DNA of 64,000 nucleotides. Origin: an uncultured Chloroflexia bacterium. Lineage in GTDB: Bacteria > Chloroflexota > Limnocylindria > Limnocylindrales > CSP1-4. A program made the position numbers and the translations under genes. The DNA lies in assembly GCA_963748625.1 (NCBI GenBank), contig CAVVJT010000004.1, positions 96,001 through 160,000 of the forward strand. The letters run 5' to 3'. The notes below the pieces were generated by a model. The model had not been told where the DNA came from and did not search any database. It saw nothing but the letters and a program-made list of their open reading frames with translations. Of the stretch, positions 48,420-57,510 are shown one piece after another. Position 1 is the stretch's first letter, and each line of letters begins with the position of its first letter.

Positions 48420-49160
48420 GTGAGCGTGCCTGTGTCGCCCAACGACAACGCTGAGGGGAGCTCGGCCGGGGATCCCCGTCCCATCGGCCAGCCGCCGGCA
48501 TCCCGCCGCATCCGGGTGTTGCTGGTCGACGACCATCGTCTGATCCCGGAGTCACTCGCGCGTGTGCTGGAGCACGAGCCGGACATGCGCGTCGTGGGCA
48601 TTGCGTCGAGCGTGGCCGAGACCCGCGCGCTCGTCAAGGATCCCGTCGACGTGGTCCTCATGGATTACCGTCTGCCCGACGGCACCGGTGTCGATGCCAC
48701 CCGGATGATCAAAGCCCGCTGGCCCAACTCGCGGGTTGTCATGCTGACCGCGATCGACGATGACGAGGTGGTCCTCGAGTCCATCCAGGCCGGCGCTGAT
48801 GGCTACATCACCAAGGATCGGGCTGTCGCAGACGTCATCGCGACCGTGCGGGCGGCGCATGCGGGAGCCACGCTCCTGCCGCGTTCGCTGATCGAGGCGA
48901 TCGCCCGGCGTGTGGCCGAGACACGCGAGCGGCAGGCTGACAGGGTGCCGGTCGAGACGCTCACGCCTCGCGAGCTGGAGGTGTTGCGCGCGCTGGTCGA
49001 AGGCCTGTCCACGCAGGAGATCTGCGAGCGGCTCCACATCACGCCCAACACGCTTCGCACCCACGTGCAGAACATCATGGGCAAGCTGCACGTGCACTCG
49101 AAGCTCGAGGCCGTTGCCTTCGCGCTGCGCCACAAGCTCGTGGAGCCCCCGCGCGCCTAG
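48420..49160 (+). CDS. NarL/LuxR family response regulator (start uncertain, 48420-48432)
   Basis: IRVLLVDDH, DVVLMDYRLPDG, GADGYITK, LTPRELEVL..THVQNIMGKLHVHSKLEAV. Confidence 0.95.
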   Translation: MSVPVSPNDNAEGSSAGDPRPIGQPPASRRIRVLLVDDHRLIPESLARVLEHEPDMRVVGIASSVAETRALVKDPVDVVLMDYRLPDGTGVDATRMIKARWPNSRVVMLTAIDDDEVVLESIQAGADGYITKDRAVADVIATVRAAHAGATLLPRSLIEAIARRVAETRERQADRVPVETLTPRELEVLRALVEGLSTQEICERLHITPNTLRTHVQNIMGKLHVHSKLEAVAFALRHKLVEPPRA

Positions 49161-49181
49161 GAGACCCGTGCCGGTCGAGAC

Positions 49182-49424
49182 TCAGCCCGACCGCCGAGGA
49201 CCCGACCTGCGATCGGCCACCCGGCGCTCTCCCGTGCCCTCGGGAGGACCGGGGGCATGGGGCGGATTGACGCGGCGCTGGTGGTGGCGACGATCGTCGC
49301 TCCGCCGCTCCGCGTCCAGCAACGCGCCACACCGCGGACAACGGCGCTCTTCGGGGTAGAGGGCCTCGATCGGTGAGACCGTGTAGACCTGTCGGCCGCA
49401 CGCGCGGCATGCGAGCTTGGGCAC
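49182..49424 (-). CDS. Small Zn-ribbon protein with repeated [DE]RRxxxRR motifs
   Basis: CRAC...CPRC; ERRSDDRRHHQRR and ERRVADRRSGPRR; AGGAGG RBS and a TAGAGT -10 upstream. Confidence 0.8.
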   Translation of the reverse strand: MPKLACRACGRQVYTVSPIEALYPEERRCPRCGALLDAERRSDDRRHHQRRVNPPHAPGPPEGTGERRVADRRSGPRRSG

Positions 49425-49597
49425 CTCGACCTCCTACCGCTCCACGGGCTTCCGACTCTACGACAGGCAGCGTATGCGGGAATACCCGCTATCGACCACA
49501 CTGGGTCTGGTGCGCCCCCCCAGGCGCCCCGACCACACGGGCAGGTGGTCGCGGTGGGTCGCCTCCCCCCTGGGGCGGCCCACCACCCCTCCCTCGG

Positions 49598-50980
49598 TCA
49601 GCCGACCTTCGGCAGGCCCGCCAGCGCGGCTTGCACGGCCTCGGCGGGGTACTCGTAGTCCTCCAGCGACCCCTGCATGTACTTCTCGTACGACACCAGG
49701 TCGAAGTGCCCGTGGCCGGAGAGGTTGAACAGGATCACGCGCTGCTCACCGGCATCGCGCGCCTCGATCGCCTGATCCACGGCGACCTTGATCGCATGGG
49801 TGCTCTCGGGCGCCGGGAGGATGCCCTCGGTCCGGGCGAACTGGACGCCGGCGTCGAAGCAGGCCCGCTGGTGGACGGACTGGGCCTCGATGAGGCCGTT
49901 CTCCTTCAGGAGCGAGACCATCGGGGCCATGCCGTGGTAGCGCAGGCCCCCCGCATGGATCGGCTCGGGGATGAACGAGGACCCCAGCGTGTGCATCTTC
50001 ACGAGCGGGGTCATCATGCCCGTGTCGCCGAAGTCGTAGGCGTACACGCCGCGCGTCAGTGACGGCGCCGCCTCGGGCTCGGCCGCGATCACGCGGTACC
50101 GGCCCTCGCCCCTGAGCTGACGGCCCACCCATGGGAACGCCATGCCCGCGAAGTTGGAGCCGCCGCCCGCGCACGCGATGATCACGTCGGGCTCCTCGCC
50201 CGCCAGCTGCATCTGCTCGATGGCTTCCAGGCCGATGACGGTCTGGTGCAGCAGGACGTGGTTGAGCACGGAGCCCAGGCTGTACTTGGTGTCGTCACGG
50301 GTAGCCGCGTCCTCAACGGCCTCGGTGATCGCGATGCCTAGAGACCCGGGCGTGTCGGGGGTCTCGGCGAGGACCTTGCGTCCGTAGTTCGTCGTCGCGC
50401 TGGGGCTCGGGACGACCTCGGCACCGTAGGTCTCCATCAGCATCCGGCGGTACGGCTTCTGGTCGTACGAGGCGCGGACCTGGTAGACCTTCACCTCGAG
50501 GTCGAAGAGCGCACCGGCGAGGGCCAGCGAGCTTCCCCACTGGCCGGCACCGGTCTCGGTGGCCAGACGCTTGACGCCCTCCTGCTTGTTGAACCACGCC
50601 TGCGGGACAGCCGTGTTGGGCTTGTGGCTGCCGCCCGGGCTGACGCCCTCGTACTTGTAGTAGATGTGGGCCGGGGTGCCGAGGGCCTGCTCCAGGCGGT
50701 GGGCGCGGTACAGCGGAGCCGGGCGCCACAGCTGGTAGATCTCGCGGACGGGGTCGGGGATCTCGATCTCACGCTCGACGCTGACCTCCTGGCCGATCAG
50801 GGCCATCGGGAAGAGCGGCGCAAGGTCGTCGGGGCCGATGGGCTGGCCGGTGCCCGGGTGGAGGGGCGGCGAGGGCATGATCCCGTTCGCGACGAGGTCG
50901 GCCGCGATGTTGTACCAGGCGCGCGGGATGCGGTCCTCGTCGAGGAGGAACTTGGTCCGGCGCTGGACGACGTTGGCCAT
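49598..50980 (-). CDS. trpB2: TrpB2-type tryptophan synthase beta-like PLP enzyme
   Basis: [66 protein letters not shown]. Confidence 0.95.
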   Translation of the reverse strand: MANVVQRRTKFLLDEDRIPRAWYNIAADLVANGIMPSPPLHPGTGQPIGPDDLAPLFPMALIGQEVSVEREIEIPDPVREIYQLWRPAPLYRAHRLEQALGTPAHIYYKYEGVSPGGSHKPNTAVPQAWFNKQEGVKRLATETGAGQWGSSLALAGALFDLEVKVYQVRASYDQKPYRRMLMETYGAEVVPSPSATTNYGRKVLAETPDTPGSLGIAITEAVEDAATRDDTKYSLGSVLNHVLLHQTVIGLEAIEQMQLAGEEPDVIIACAGGGSNFAGMAFPWVGRQLRGEGRYRVIAAEPEAAPSLTRGVYAYDFGDTGMMTPLVKMHTLGSSFIPEPIHAGGLRYHGMAPMVSLLKENGLIEAQSVHQRACFDAGVQFARTEGILPAPESTHAIKVAVDQAIEARDAGEQRVILFNLSGHGHFDLVSYEKYMQGSLEDYEYPAEAVQAALAGLPKVG

Positions 50981-51110
50981 CTTGGTTCGACCTCCCGGGG
51001 TGGTGCGCGGCGTGGTCCGGGGAGCCTATCGCCTCGTGCGGACCATGGGCAAACCGGGAGGTTGCAGTTCGGATTCGAAGCGGACCACGCCACCCGGACG
51101 CGCCTGCTGC

Positions 51111-51758
51111 TCAGCCGAGGAGCGGAACCTCCACGAGGGACTCATACCGGGGCGGGCCCCCCGCAAGGTGGCTCCGGTACAGGACGACGCGGTCCGCCCG
51201 GAACCCGGTGCGCCAGCCCGTTGCCGCCGCGACCAGCGACTCCGCCACCGCGACCCCTTGTGCGGGCGACGACGAGTCCAGCCGTGCAACCGTGAGATGC
51301 GGCCGGTACGGCCTGTCGTCCGGCGGCCAGCCGAGCGGGTCGAGCGGCGCGTCAAGCGCGTCGGCCAGGGCGCCCAGCTCCCCTGCCCCCTGCTCGATCC
51401 CCAGCCACAGGGCCCGTGGCTTGCGCGGTCCCGGGAACATGCCGGCGCCGGCCAGCTCCACGTCGAAGGCGGCCATGCCCGCGAATGCGTCCTGCACAGC
51501 CAGCGCCACGTCGGGCACGAGGTCGGGAGGCGTATCGCCCAGGAAGCGGACGGTCAGGTGGAGGTTGTCCACGCGGACCCAGCGCGGCACCCGGCCCAGG
51601 GGCCCGGACCGGACACGCTCCACGAGGTCACGACACGAGGCCAGCGGCTCCGGCGGCATCGGCACGGCGACGAACAGGCGGTGCCAGCGCTCCGGCGGCT
51701 CCGCCTGCTCCGGCAGCTCCGGCAGCTCCGCCTGCTCCGGCAGCTCCGCCTCAGCCAC
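51111..51758 (-). CDS. thpR: RNA 2',3'-cyclic phosphodiesterase (2H family)
   Basis: RLFVAV and two HxT motifs (NLHLTVRFLG, YRPHLTVAR); N-terminal ELPEQA repeats. Confidence 0.93.
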   Translation of the reverse strand: MAEAELPEQAELPELPEQAEPPERWHRLFVAVPMPPEPLASCRDLVERVRSGPLGRVPRWVRVDNLHLTVRFLGDTPPDLVPDVALAVQDAFAGMAAFDVELAGAGMFPGPRKPRALWLGIEQGAGELGALADALDAPLDPLGWPPDDRPYRPHLTVARLDSSSPAQGVAVAESLVAAATGWRTGFRADRVVLYRSHLAGGPPRYESLVEVPLLG

Positions 51759-52269
51759 CCTTCTCGCGGATCCAGCGCTCGCGATCCTGCGTCAGCACCT
51801 CGTGCGCACGCTCCCGGCCTCGCCAGCCGTCGAGGTCGACTTCCTTGTTCTCGAGCATCTTGTACGTCTGGAAGAAGTGCTCGATCTCGACGAGGCGGTG
51901 GGGCCGGATCTGCTCCAGGCGCTCGATGTGCTGCTGGTGTGAATCGCCGATCGCCACGCACAGGGTCTTGAAGTCGAAGCCCTTCTCATCGTGCATCTCG
52001 AGGCCGCCGACCGGGCGCGCCCAGACGTGGCAGCCGGGGAACGTGGGCTCGTCGATGATCAGCAGGGCGTCGGTGTGGTCGCCGTCGTCCGCGCGGGTGC
52101 CCTCGATGAACCCGTAGTCGAAGTTGTAGAAGACGGCCGAGGACAGGACGCGGTCAAGCCGGAAGACGCCCGCCTCCTCGTCGAACTCGTACTTGTTGCG
52201 TGATCCGCGCGGGATCTCCACCACGATCTCGACGATGTCCGGAAACCTGTCGGCAAACTCGCTGCTCAT
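51751..52269 (-). CDS. ppa: Inorganic pyrophosphatase, family I
   Basis: VEIPRGSRNKYEFD, LDRVL, DYGFI, DDGDHTDAL, IEHFFQTYKMLE. Confidence 0.95.
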   Translation of the reverse strand: MSSEFADRFPDIVEIVVEIPRGSRNKYEFDEEAGVFRLDRVLSSAVFYNFDYGFIEGTRADDGDHTDALLIIDEPTFPGCHVWARPVGGLEMHDEKGFDFKTLCVAIGDSHQQHIERLEQIRPHRLVEIEHFFQTYKMLENKEVDLDGWRGRERAHEVLTQDRERWIREKGG

Positions 52270-52286
52270 GGGCACAACTCTACCGC

Positions 52287-52407
52287 CCCGGCAACCGGAA
52301 CGCGGCGGATGCGAGGCGGAGCCGAGGAGCGGAGCGAGCGCACCCGGATGTGCGTGAGCGAGCCCCGCAGGCGACAACGAAGCAGGCGCCCGTCTCCGGG
52401 TGCCGGG
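52287..52407. repeat. Miniature palindromic element of about 120 bp with terminal inverted repeats (REP/MITE-like)
   Basis: cccggcaaccgga (52287-52299) and tccgggtgccggg (52395-52407) match 12/13 as an IR; central gcgcac-N6-gtgcgt hairpin. Confidence 0.6.
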
Positions 52408-53475
52408 TCAGTCGTTGTAGAGGCGCTCCTCGATGAGCTTCTCCTGCACGGTTCGCCCGTTCGGGTCGAAGCAGGAGAACTCGAAGTGCTTCTCGAACTC
52501 GATGTCCAGCGCATCCTGGCCGCCCCGGTTCTTCTCCACCGACACCACCACCCAGTCGCGGAAGCGCTGCGCCTGGTACGGGTTGAACTCGATGTTGACC
52601 TTGGCGACGATCTGGTACTTCTCGTTGAGGATCAGGATGATGTCGGCCTCGTAGTTGATCGCCGACGACCCGCGCAGGTGGTGGTTGCGCAGGCGGGACG
52701 CCTTGAGGCCCTCCTTGTCCGCGGCAACAATTGCGATCAGCGGGACATCCTCACTGAGGGCGATGTCCTTGAGGCCGTTGACCACGAACGTGACCTTCTC
52801 GGTCTCGGTCGGCGGCTCCGGGTATACGGGGACCTTCTGGAGGTAGTCCACCACGACGAGCAGGCGGCGATCGCCCGAGAGCTCGCGGTGCTGGCGGATC
52901 AGCTGGCGGAGCCCGTCGATGGTGCTGGCGGTCTGGGTACCCCGCAGCAGGAACAGGTTCTGCCCGTAGCGGGCGATGCGATCCAGCGACGGCCGCAGGC
53001 GGGGATTGGCCGCCAGCTGCGCGGTGCCGCCACCCTCCGCCATCCAGGTCCCCAGGATCTCCTTGCGGACATCCTGGATCTTGATTGCGCCCGTCTTGTG
53101 GGGGAGGTGCGCCAGCGCCGACTCGGCCGCGATCAGGCGGTTGAGCAGGTACAGCTCATCATGCTCGAAGCAGACGTAGAGGACGTTCGCCTGGCCACCG
53201 GACGCGACGTTGCGCGCCATCTGGAGCGCCATGGTGGTCTTGCCCGTGCCCTGGGCGCCGCCGATCAGGAGAAGCTCACCCGGACGCAGGCCGTTGCCGA
53301 TGGTCTTGTCCAACGGCGTGAACCCGAGCGGGACGGGCTGGTACTCCCCGACCTTGCCGGTGGTGACCTTGTCGTTGAGGTCCACCAGCACCTCGATCGC
53401 CGACCTGGGAGCCATGCTCCCGTTCGGCCCCTCGAAGCGCCAACTGGAGCGCTCTGTAGCCCCGGATTCCGTCAC
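52408..53475 (-). CDS. DnaB-like (SF4) helicase motor-domain-only protein
   Basis: LGFTPLDKTIGNGLRPGELLLIGGAQGTGKT, VVVDYLQ, LKDIA, LRGSSAINYEADIILIL, EKNRGG; no DnaB N-terminal domain. Confidence 0.88.
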   Translation of the reverse strand: MTESGATERSSWRFEGPNGSMAPRSAIEVLVDLNDKVTTGKVGEYQPVPLGFTPLDKTIGNGLRPGELLLIGGAQGTGKTTMALQMARNVASGGQANVLYVCFEHDELYLLNRLIAAESALAHLPHKTGAIKIQDVRKEILGTWMAEGGGTAQLAANPRLRPSLDRIARYGQNLFLLRGTQTASTIDGLRQLIRQHRELSGDRRLLVVVDYLQKVPVYPEPPTETEKVTFVVNGLKDIALSEDVPLIAIVAADKEGLKASRLRNHHLRGSSAINYEADIILILNEKYQIVAKVNIEFNPYQAQRFRDWVVVSVEKNRGGQDALDIEFEKHFEFSCFDPNGRTVQEKLIEERLYND

Positions 53476-53564
53476 GTGCCGTAGTCCTCCCGCCTGTCCG
53501 CTGACGTCCGCATCCTAGCACCGTGCCTGCGCCTCGCCCCGCCCCGTCCGTACGGGGCGATGGG

Positions 53565-54998
53565 TCAGAGGTCCTGCTGGCCCCCGGCCTGTCGCAGCGC
53601 GCCCAACTCGTCCCAGAGACGCACGATGACGCGAGTGCCCTGCTCGAAGTTGTCAACGAGGAACCACTCGTTGGGGGCATGGGCATTGCAGGTGGGCTGC
53701 GTGAAGCCGAGCAGCACGACGGGCAGCCCCAGCTGGTGGTCGAACGCCGCGGTCACCGGGATCGAGCCGCCCTCTCGGATGTAGACGGGCGGGGCGCCAT
53801 ACACGGCCTCGATCGCCCGGGCAGCGGCCTGGGTCGCCGGGTGATCCGTCGGCGTCAGGCTTGCCTCGCCACCGTGGATGTACGTGGTGGTGACGGACAC
53901 CCCGGGCGGCGCGATCTCGTCCACGAACGCCTTGAGCGCCTCGAAGACCTTCTGCGGGTCCTGGTTGGCGACCAGGCGCGTGGAAATCTTGGCGTGCGCA
54001 TGGGCAGGGATGATGGTCTTCGCGCCGTCGCCCTGGAAGCCGCCCCAGATCCCGTTCACGTCGAGCGTCGGCCGCGCCGTCTTGCGCTCCAGCGTCGTCC
54101 AGCCGGCCTCGCCCACCAGAGCGGGTACCGGGATCTCCGCCCGGTAGGTCTCATCATCGAAGGGCAGGGCGGCCATGGCGGCCCGCTCGTCATCGGTGAG
54201 CGCCACCACGTCGTCGTAGAAGCCCGGGATGCGTACGCGGCCATCGGCGCCCTTGAGGGCGGCGATGATCCGGGCCAGCGCGTTGGCCGGGTTGTCCACG
54301 GTGCCGCCGTACATCCCCGAGTGGAGGTCCACCGGCGAGAGGACGACGTCGATCTGGGCGTACATGATCCCGCGCAGGCCCACCGTGATGGCAGGGACGT
54401 TGCCCTCGAAGAAGCCCGTGTCGCTGATGACCGCGAGGTCGGCCTGGAGGCGGTCGCGGTTGGCCTCGATCCAGGTGTAGAGGCTGTCGGAGCCGTACTC
54501 CTCCTCCCCCTCGAAGACGAAGGTGAGGTTGGCGGCAGGCGTCCTGCCTGCGGCACGCAGAGCCTCAAGCGCCGAGAGATGCATCACCAGCTGGCCCTTG
54601 TCGTCCGCGACGCCCCTGCCCACGAAGCGGCCATCGCGCAGGAACGGGTCGAACGGTGCCGTCTCCCACAGCTCGATCGGGTCCACCGGCTGCACGTCGT
54701 AGTGGCAGTAGACCAGGACCGTCGGCGCGCCGGGCGCCTCGTGGATGCGCCCGTAGACGATCGGGTGGAGCGCCGTCTGCTCCACCGACACGTCGGTCGC
54801 CCCGACGCGCCGCAGCCGCTCCGCGACCCACTCCGCGGCGGTGACCATGTCCTGGCCATGCTCCGGCAGCGCCGAGATGCTGGGGATGCGCGCGAACTCC
54901 AGGAGGGCCTCGGCACGAGCGTCGCGCGACTCGACCAGGGCCTGCTCCACGAGCGGGTCGATCGGGGTGGCGTCCGGGGCGGGCAGCAGGTCGGTCAT
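53565..54998 (-). CDS. M20 family dipeptidase
   Basis: YCHYDVQP, GRGVADDKGQ, EGEEEYGS, GLRG, DLHSG, GGSIP, NAHAPNE. Confidence 0.95.
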   Translation of the reverse strand: MTDLLPAPDATPIDPLVEQALVESRDARAEALLEFARIPSISALPEHGQDMVTAAEWVAERLRRVGATDVSVEQTALHPIVYGRIHEAPGAPTVLVYCHYDVQPVDPIELWETAPFDPFLRDGRFVGRGVADDKGQLVMHLSALEALRAAGRTPAANLTFVFEGEEEYGSDSLYTWIEANRDRLQADLAVISDTGFFEGNVPAITVGLRGIMYAQIDVVLSPVDLHSGMYGGTVDNPANALARIIAALKGADGRVRIPGFYDDVVALTDDERAAMAALPFDDETYRAEIPVPALVGEAGWTTLERKTARPTLDVNGIWGGFQGDGAKTIIPAHAHAKISTRLVANQDPQKVFEALKAFVDEIAPPGVSVTTTYIHGGEASLTPTDHPATQAAARAIEAVYGAPPVYIREGGSIPVTAAFDHQLGLPVVLLGFTQPTCNAHAPNEWFLVDNFEQGTRVIVRLWDELGALRQAGGQQDL

Positions 54999-55066
54999 GG
55001 AGCCTCCAGGGTGGCGACGGTGCGCCGATCGTAGCGCGCCAGGGCGATCGCACGCCCGAACACACG

Positions 55067-55096
55067 GAACGGGCGGCCCACGGGGACCGCCCGTTC
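55067..55096 (-). terminator. Hairpin/terminator after ftsH
   Basis: gaacgggcgg...ccgcccgttc 10-bp stem. Confidence 0.6.
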
Positions 55097-55116
55097 GTGA
55101 GCGCGGTGTGGTGTGA

Positions 55117-57057
55117 TCAGGCCGGCTGGGGCGACGGGTTCGTCACCGGGCTGCCGCCGGGGCCCTCGGACGTGCCACCGTCGGTACCGGGAGCGATGAC
55201 CCGCGGGATGCCCGCGAAGCGACCGGCCTTGGGGGGCAGGTCGTCGAAGAGCTTCTCGAACGCCTCGGCGTCCACCGTCTCCTCGGCGATCAGCTTCTCT
55301 GCCAGCATGTCGAGCTTGTGGCGATACGTGGTCAGCGTCTCGGTTGCCCGGTCGTACGCGCGATCCACGATGGCGCGGACCTCCTCGTCGATCACCCGGG
55401 CGACGTCGTCCGAGTAGTCGCGCGACTCACCCATGGACCGGCCCAGGAACACCATCTCGTCACGCTTGCCGAACGAGAGCGGGCCGAGGCGGTCGCTCAT
55501 GCCGAACTCGGTGACCATGCGGCGGGCGAGGTCGGTGGCCTTCTCGATGTCGTTGCTGGCGCCGGTGGTCGTGTCGCCGAAGACCAGGCGCTCGGCGACG
55601 TTGCCGCCGAGCAGACCGGCGATCTTGTCCTCGAACTCAGTCTTGGACTGGAGGTAGCGGTCCTCGGTGGGCAGGGCCATCGTGTAGCCAAGCGCCATGC
55701 CGCGGCTGATGACCGTGACCTTGGCCACCGGGTCGCACTTGGGCAGGATCCGCTGCACGACGGCGTGACCGCCCTCGTGGAAGGCGATGATCCGCTTCTC
55801 CTCGTCGCTGATGACACGGGACTTGCGCTCCGGGCCGGCCACGATGCGCTCGAGGGCCTCGGAGAACTCGTTCATCCCGACGACCTTCTTGTTGCGCCGG
55901 GCGGCGAGGATCGCAGCCTCGTTGACGAGGTTCGCGAGATCCGCGCCGGAGAAGCCGGGCGACTGGCGCGCGACCTCCTCCACCACCACCGACTTGTCGA
56001 GCGGCTTGCCCTTGGTGTGGACCTTGAGGATCGCAGTTCGACCCTTCATGTCCGGGCGGTCGAGGATGACCTGGCGGTCGAAGCGTCCCGGGCGCAGCAG
56101 CGCCGGATCCAGGACATCGGGCCGGTTGGTGGCGGCCACCACGATCACGTTGGTGTTCGTGTCGAAGCCGTCCATCTCGACCAGGATCTGGTTGAGGGTC
56201 TGCTCGCGCTCGTCATGGGAGCCGCCGAGGCCCGCGCCGCGCTGGCGGCCGACCGCGTCGATCTCGTCCACGAACACGATGCAGGGGCTGTTGCGCTTGG
56301 CCTGGTCGAACAGGTCGCGGACGCGGGATGCGCCCACGCCCACGAACATCTCGACGAACTCGGAGCCCGAGATGCTGAAGAACGGCACCCCGGCCTCACC
56401 CGCCACGGCGCGCGCCATCAGCGTCTTGCCGGTTCCGGGAGGTCCCACGAGGAGCACGCCGCGCGGGATGCGGGCGCCAAGGGAGTTGAACTTCTCCGGG
56501 TACTTGAGGAACTCCACGACCTCCTGGAGCTCCAACTTGGCCTCATCGACGCCCGCGACGTCCGCGAACGTGACGACGGTCTTGTTGCCCAGGAACATGC
56601 GTGCCCGGCTCTTGCCGAAGGACATCGCCTGGTTGTTGGTGCCCTGGGCCTGGCGCATCATGAAGAAGATGAAGCCGCCGATCACGAGCAGCGGCAGAAG
56701 GCCCGTGAGGAGCAGGCCAACCCAGCTCGTGTCTGCCGTGGGCTTCCTCTGGAACGAGGGCACCGTCGGCTGGGCGCCGGCCGCGGACGCCTTCTGCATG
56801 TCCGAGAAGACGTCGCCGGTGATGTTGTTGGGGACGACGACCGTGTACTTGCTGTCGTCCGACTTCTTGGTGACCGTGAGGGTCTCGCCATCCTGGATGA
56901 CGGCCTTCACCTCGCCGGCCTTGACCTGGTTCCAGAAGTCCGAGTAGTTCGTGGAGGCCGCGGGCGTGGTCGACCCCAGCCACGTGTAGAGCAGCGCCAC
57001 GGTGCCCGCCACGAGGACGAGCATCACGAGCCCGTTGCGCATGAATTTTGCGTTCAA
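55117..57057 (-). CDS. ftsH: ATP-dependent Zn metalloprotease FtsH
   Basis: Two TM helices, [45 protein letters not shown]; GGAGG before TTG. Confidence 0.97.
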   Translation of the reverse strand: MNAKFMRNGLVMLVLVAGTVALLYTWLGSTTPAASTNYSDFWNQVKAGEVKAVIQDGETLTVTKKSDDSKYTVVVPNNITGDVFSDMQKASAAGAQPTVPSFQRKPTADTSWVGLLLTGLLPLLVIGGFIFFMMRQAQGTNNQAMSFGKSRARMFLGNKTVVTFADVAGVDEAKLELQEVVEFLKYPEKFNSLGARIPRGVLLVGPPGTGKTLMARAVAGEAGVPFFSISGSEFVEMFVGVGASRVRDLFDQAKRNSPCIVFVDEIDAVGRQRGAGLGGSHDEREQTLNQILVEMDGFDTNTNVIVVAATNRPDVLDPALLRPGRFDRQVILDRPDMKGRTAILKVHTKGKPLDKSVVVEEVARQSPGFSGADLANLVNEAAILAARRNKKVVGMNEFSEALERIVAGPERKSRVISDEEKRIIAFHEGGHAVVQRILPKCDPVAKVTVISRGMALGYTMALPTEDRYLQSKTEFEDKIAGLLGGNVAERLVFGDTTTGASNDIEKATDLARRMVTEFGMSDRLGPLSFGKRDEMVFLGRSMGESRDYSDDVARVIDEEVRAIVDRAYDRATETLTTYRHKLDMLAEKLIAEETVDAEAFEKLFDDLPPKAGRFAGIPRVIAPGTDGGTSEGPGGSPVTNPSPQPA

Positions 57058-57251
57058 ACGGAGCGCCTCCGAGTCGATCAGGCCGGCGGGGACGCCGGTG
57101 GACAGCGAGTATACCGTCGGGGTCGTCGCGACCCGTTCGGCCGCGATCAGTTACGACGCTATCAGGAGTACGGCGCAGGGCCGTGCGCGGATGGCCTCAC
57201 CGGGGTTGTGTCCCGGTTAGGAAAACGCAGCCTTGGCACCGGATCGATGCG

Positions 57252-57284
57252 AAACCCCCGTACCGGTGCTCCGGACGGGGGTTC
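57252..57284 (-). terminator. Intrinsic terminator after the tRNA
   Basis: aacccccgt-ccgg-agca-ccgg-t-acgggggtt stem ending in a short T run on the minus strand. Confidence 0.7.
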
Positions 57285-57302
57285 GGGTGAAGGCGGAAAG
57301 GA

Positions 57303-57377
57303 TGGTGGCTGGGGACAGAATCGAACTGTCGACCGGGCGGTTATGAGTCGCCTGCTCTGCCGCTGAGCTACCCAGCC
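57303..57377 (-). tRNA. tRNA with CAT anticodon, most likely elongator tRNA-Met
   Basis: GGCTGGG TAGCTCAGCGGCAGAGC A GGCGA CTCATAA CCGCC CGGTC GACAG TTCGATT CTGTC CCCAGCC A CCA; paired G1-C72 excludes fMet and G2C3U4 is Met-like. Confidence 0.92.
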
Positions 57378-57510
57378 ATCGGGCGCAGAGTCTACGGCGC
57401 GACCGTCCCTGCATGCAAACCCGCCGGTCGGGGGTGACGCTGGCCGCCTCGAAGGCTGACAATGTGCCCGCCACACCGCACGCGATCACACCCAGAGGGA
57501 GGGGCACACG

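Noticed and set aside
47193-48420. Long N-terminal extension of the NarL regulator in the ORF track (655 aa)
   Set aside because: It overlaps tyrA and NUDIX on the opposite strand. A TAGACT -10 near 48371 supports a start at about 48420-48432.
49598-51110. trpB2 as part of a trp operon with an attenuator
   Set aside because: There is no trpA or other trp gene and no Trp-codon leader peptide; stand-alone TrpB2 is well known.
51690-51750. 9/18-bp repeats at the 5' end of thpR
   Set aside because: An in-frame low-complexity expansion (ELPEQA) with no sign of a separate function.
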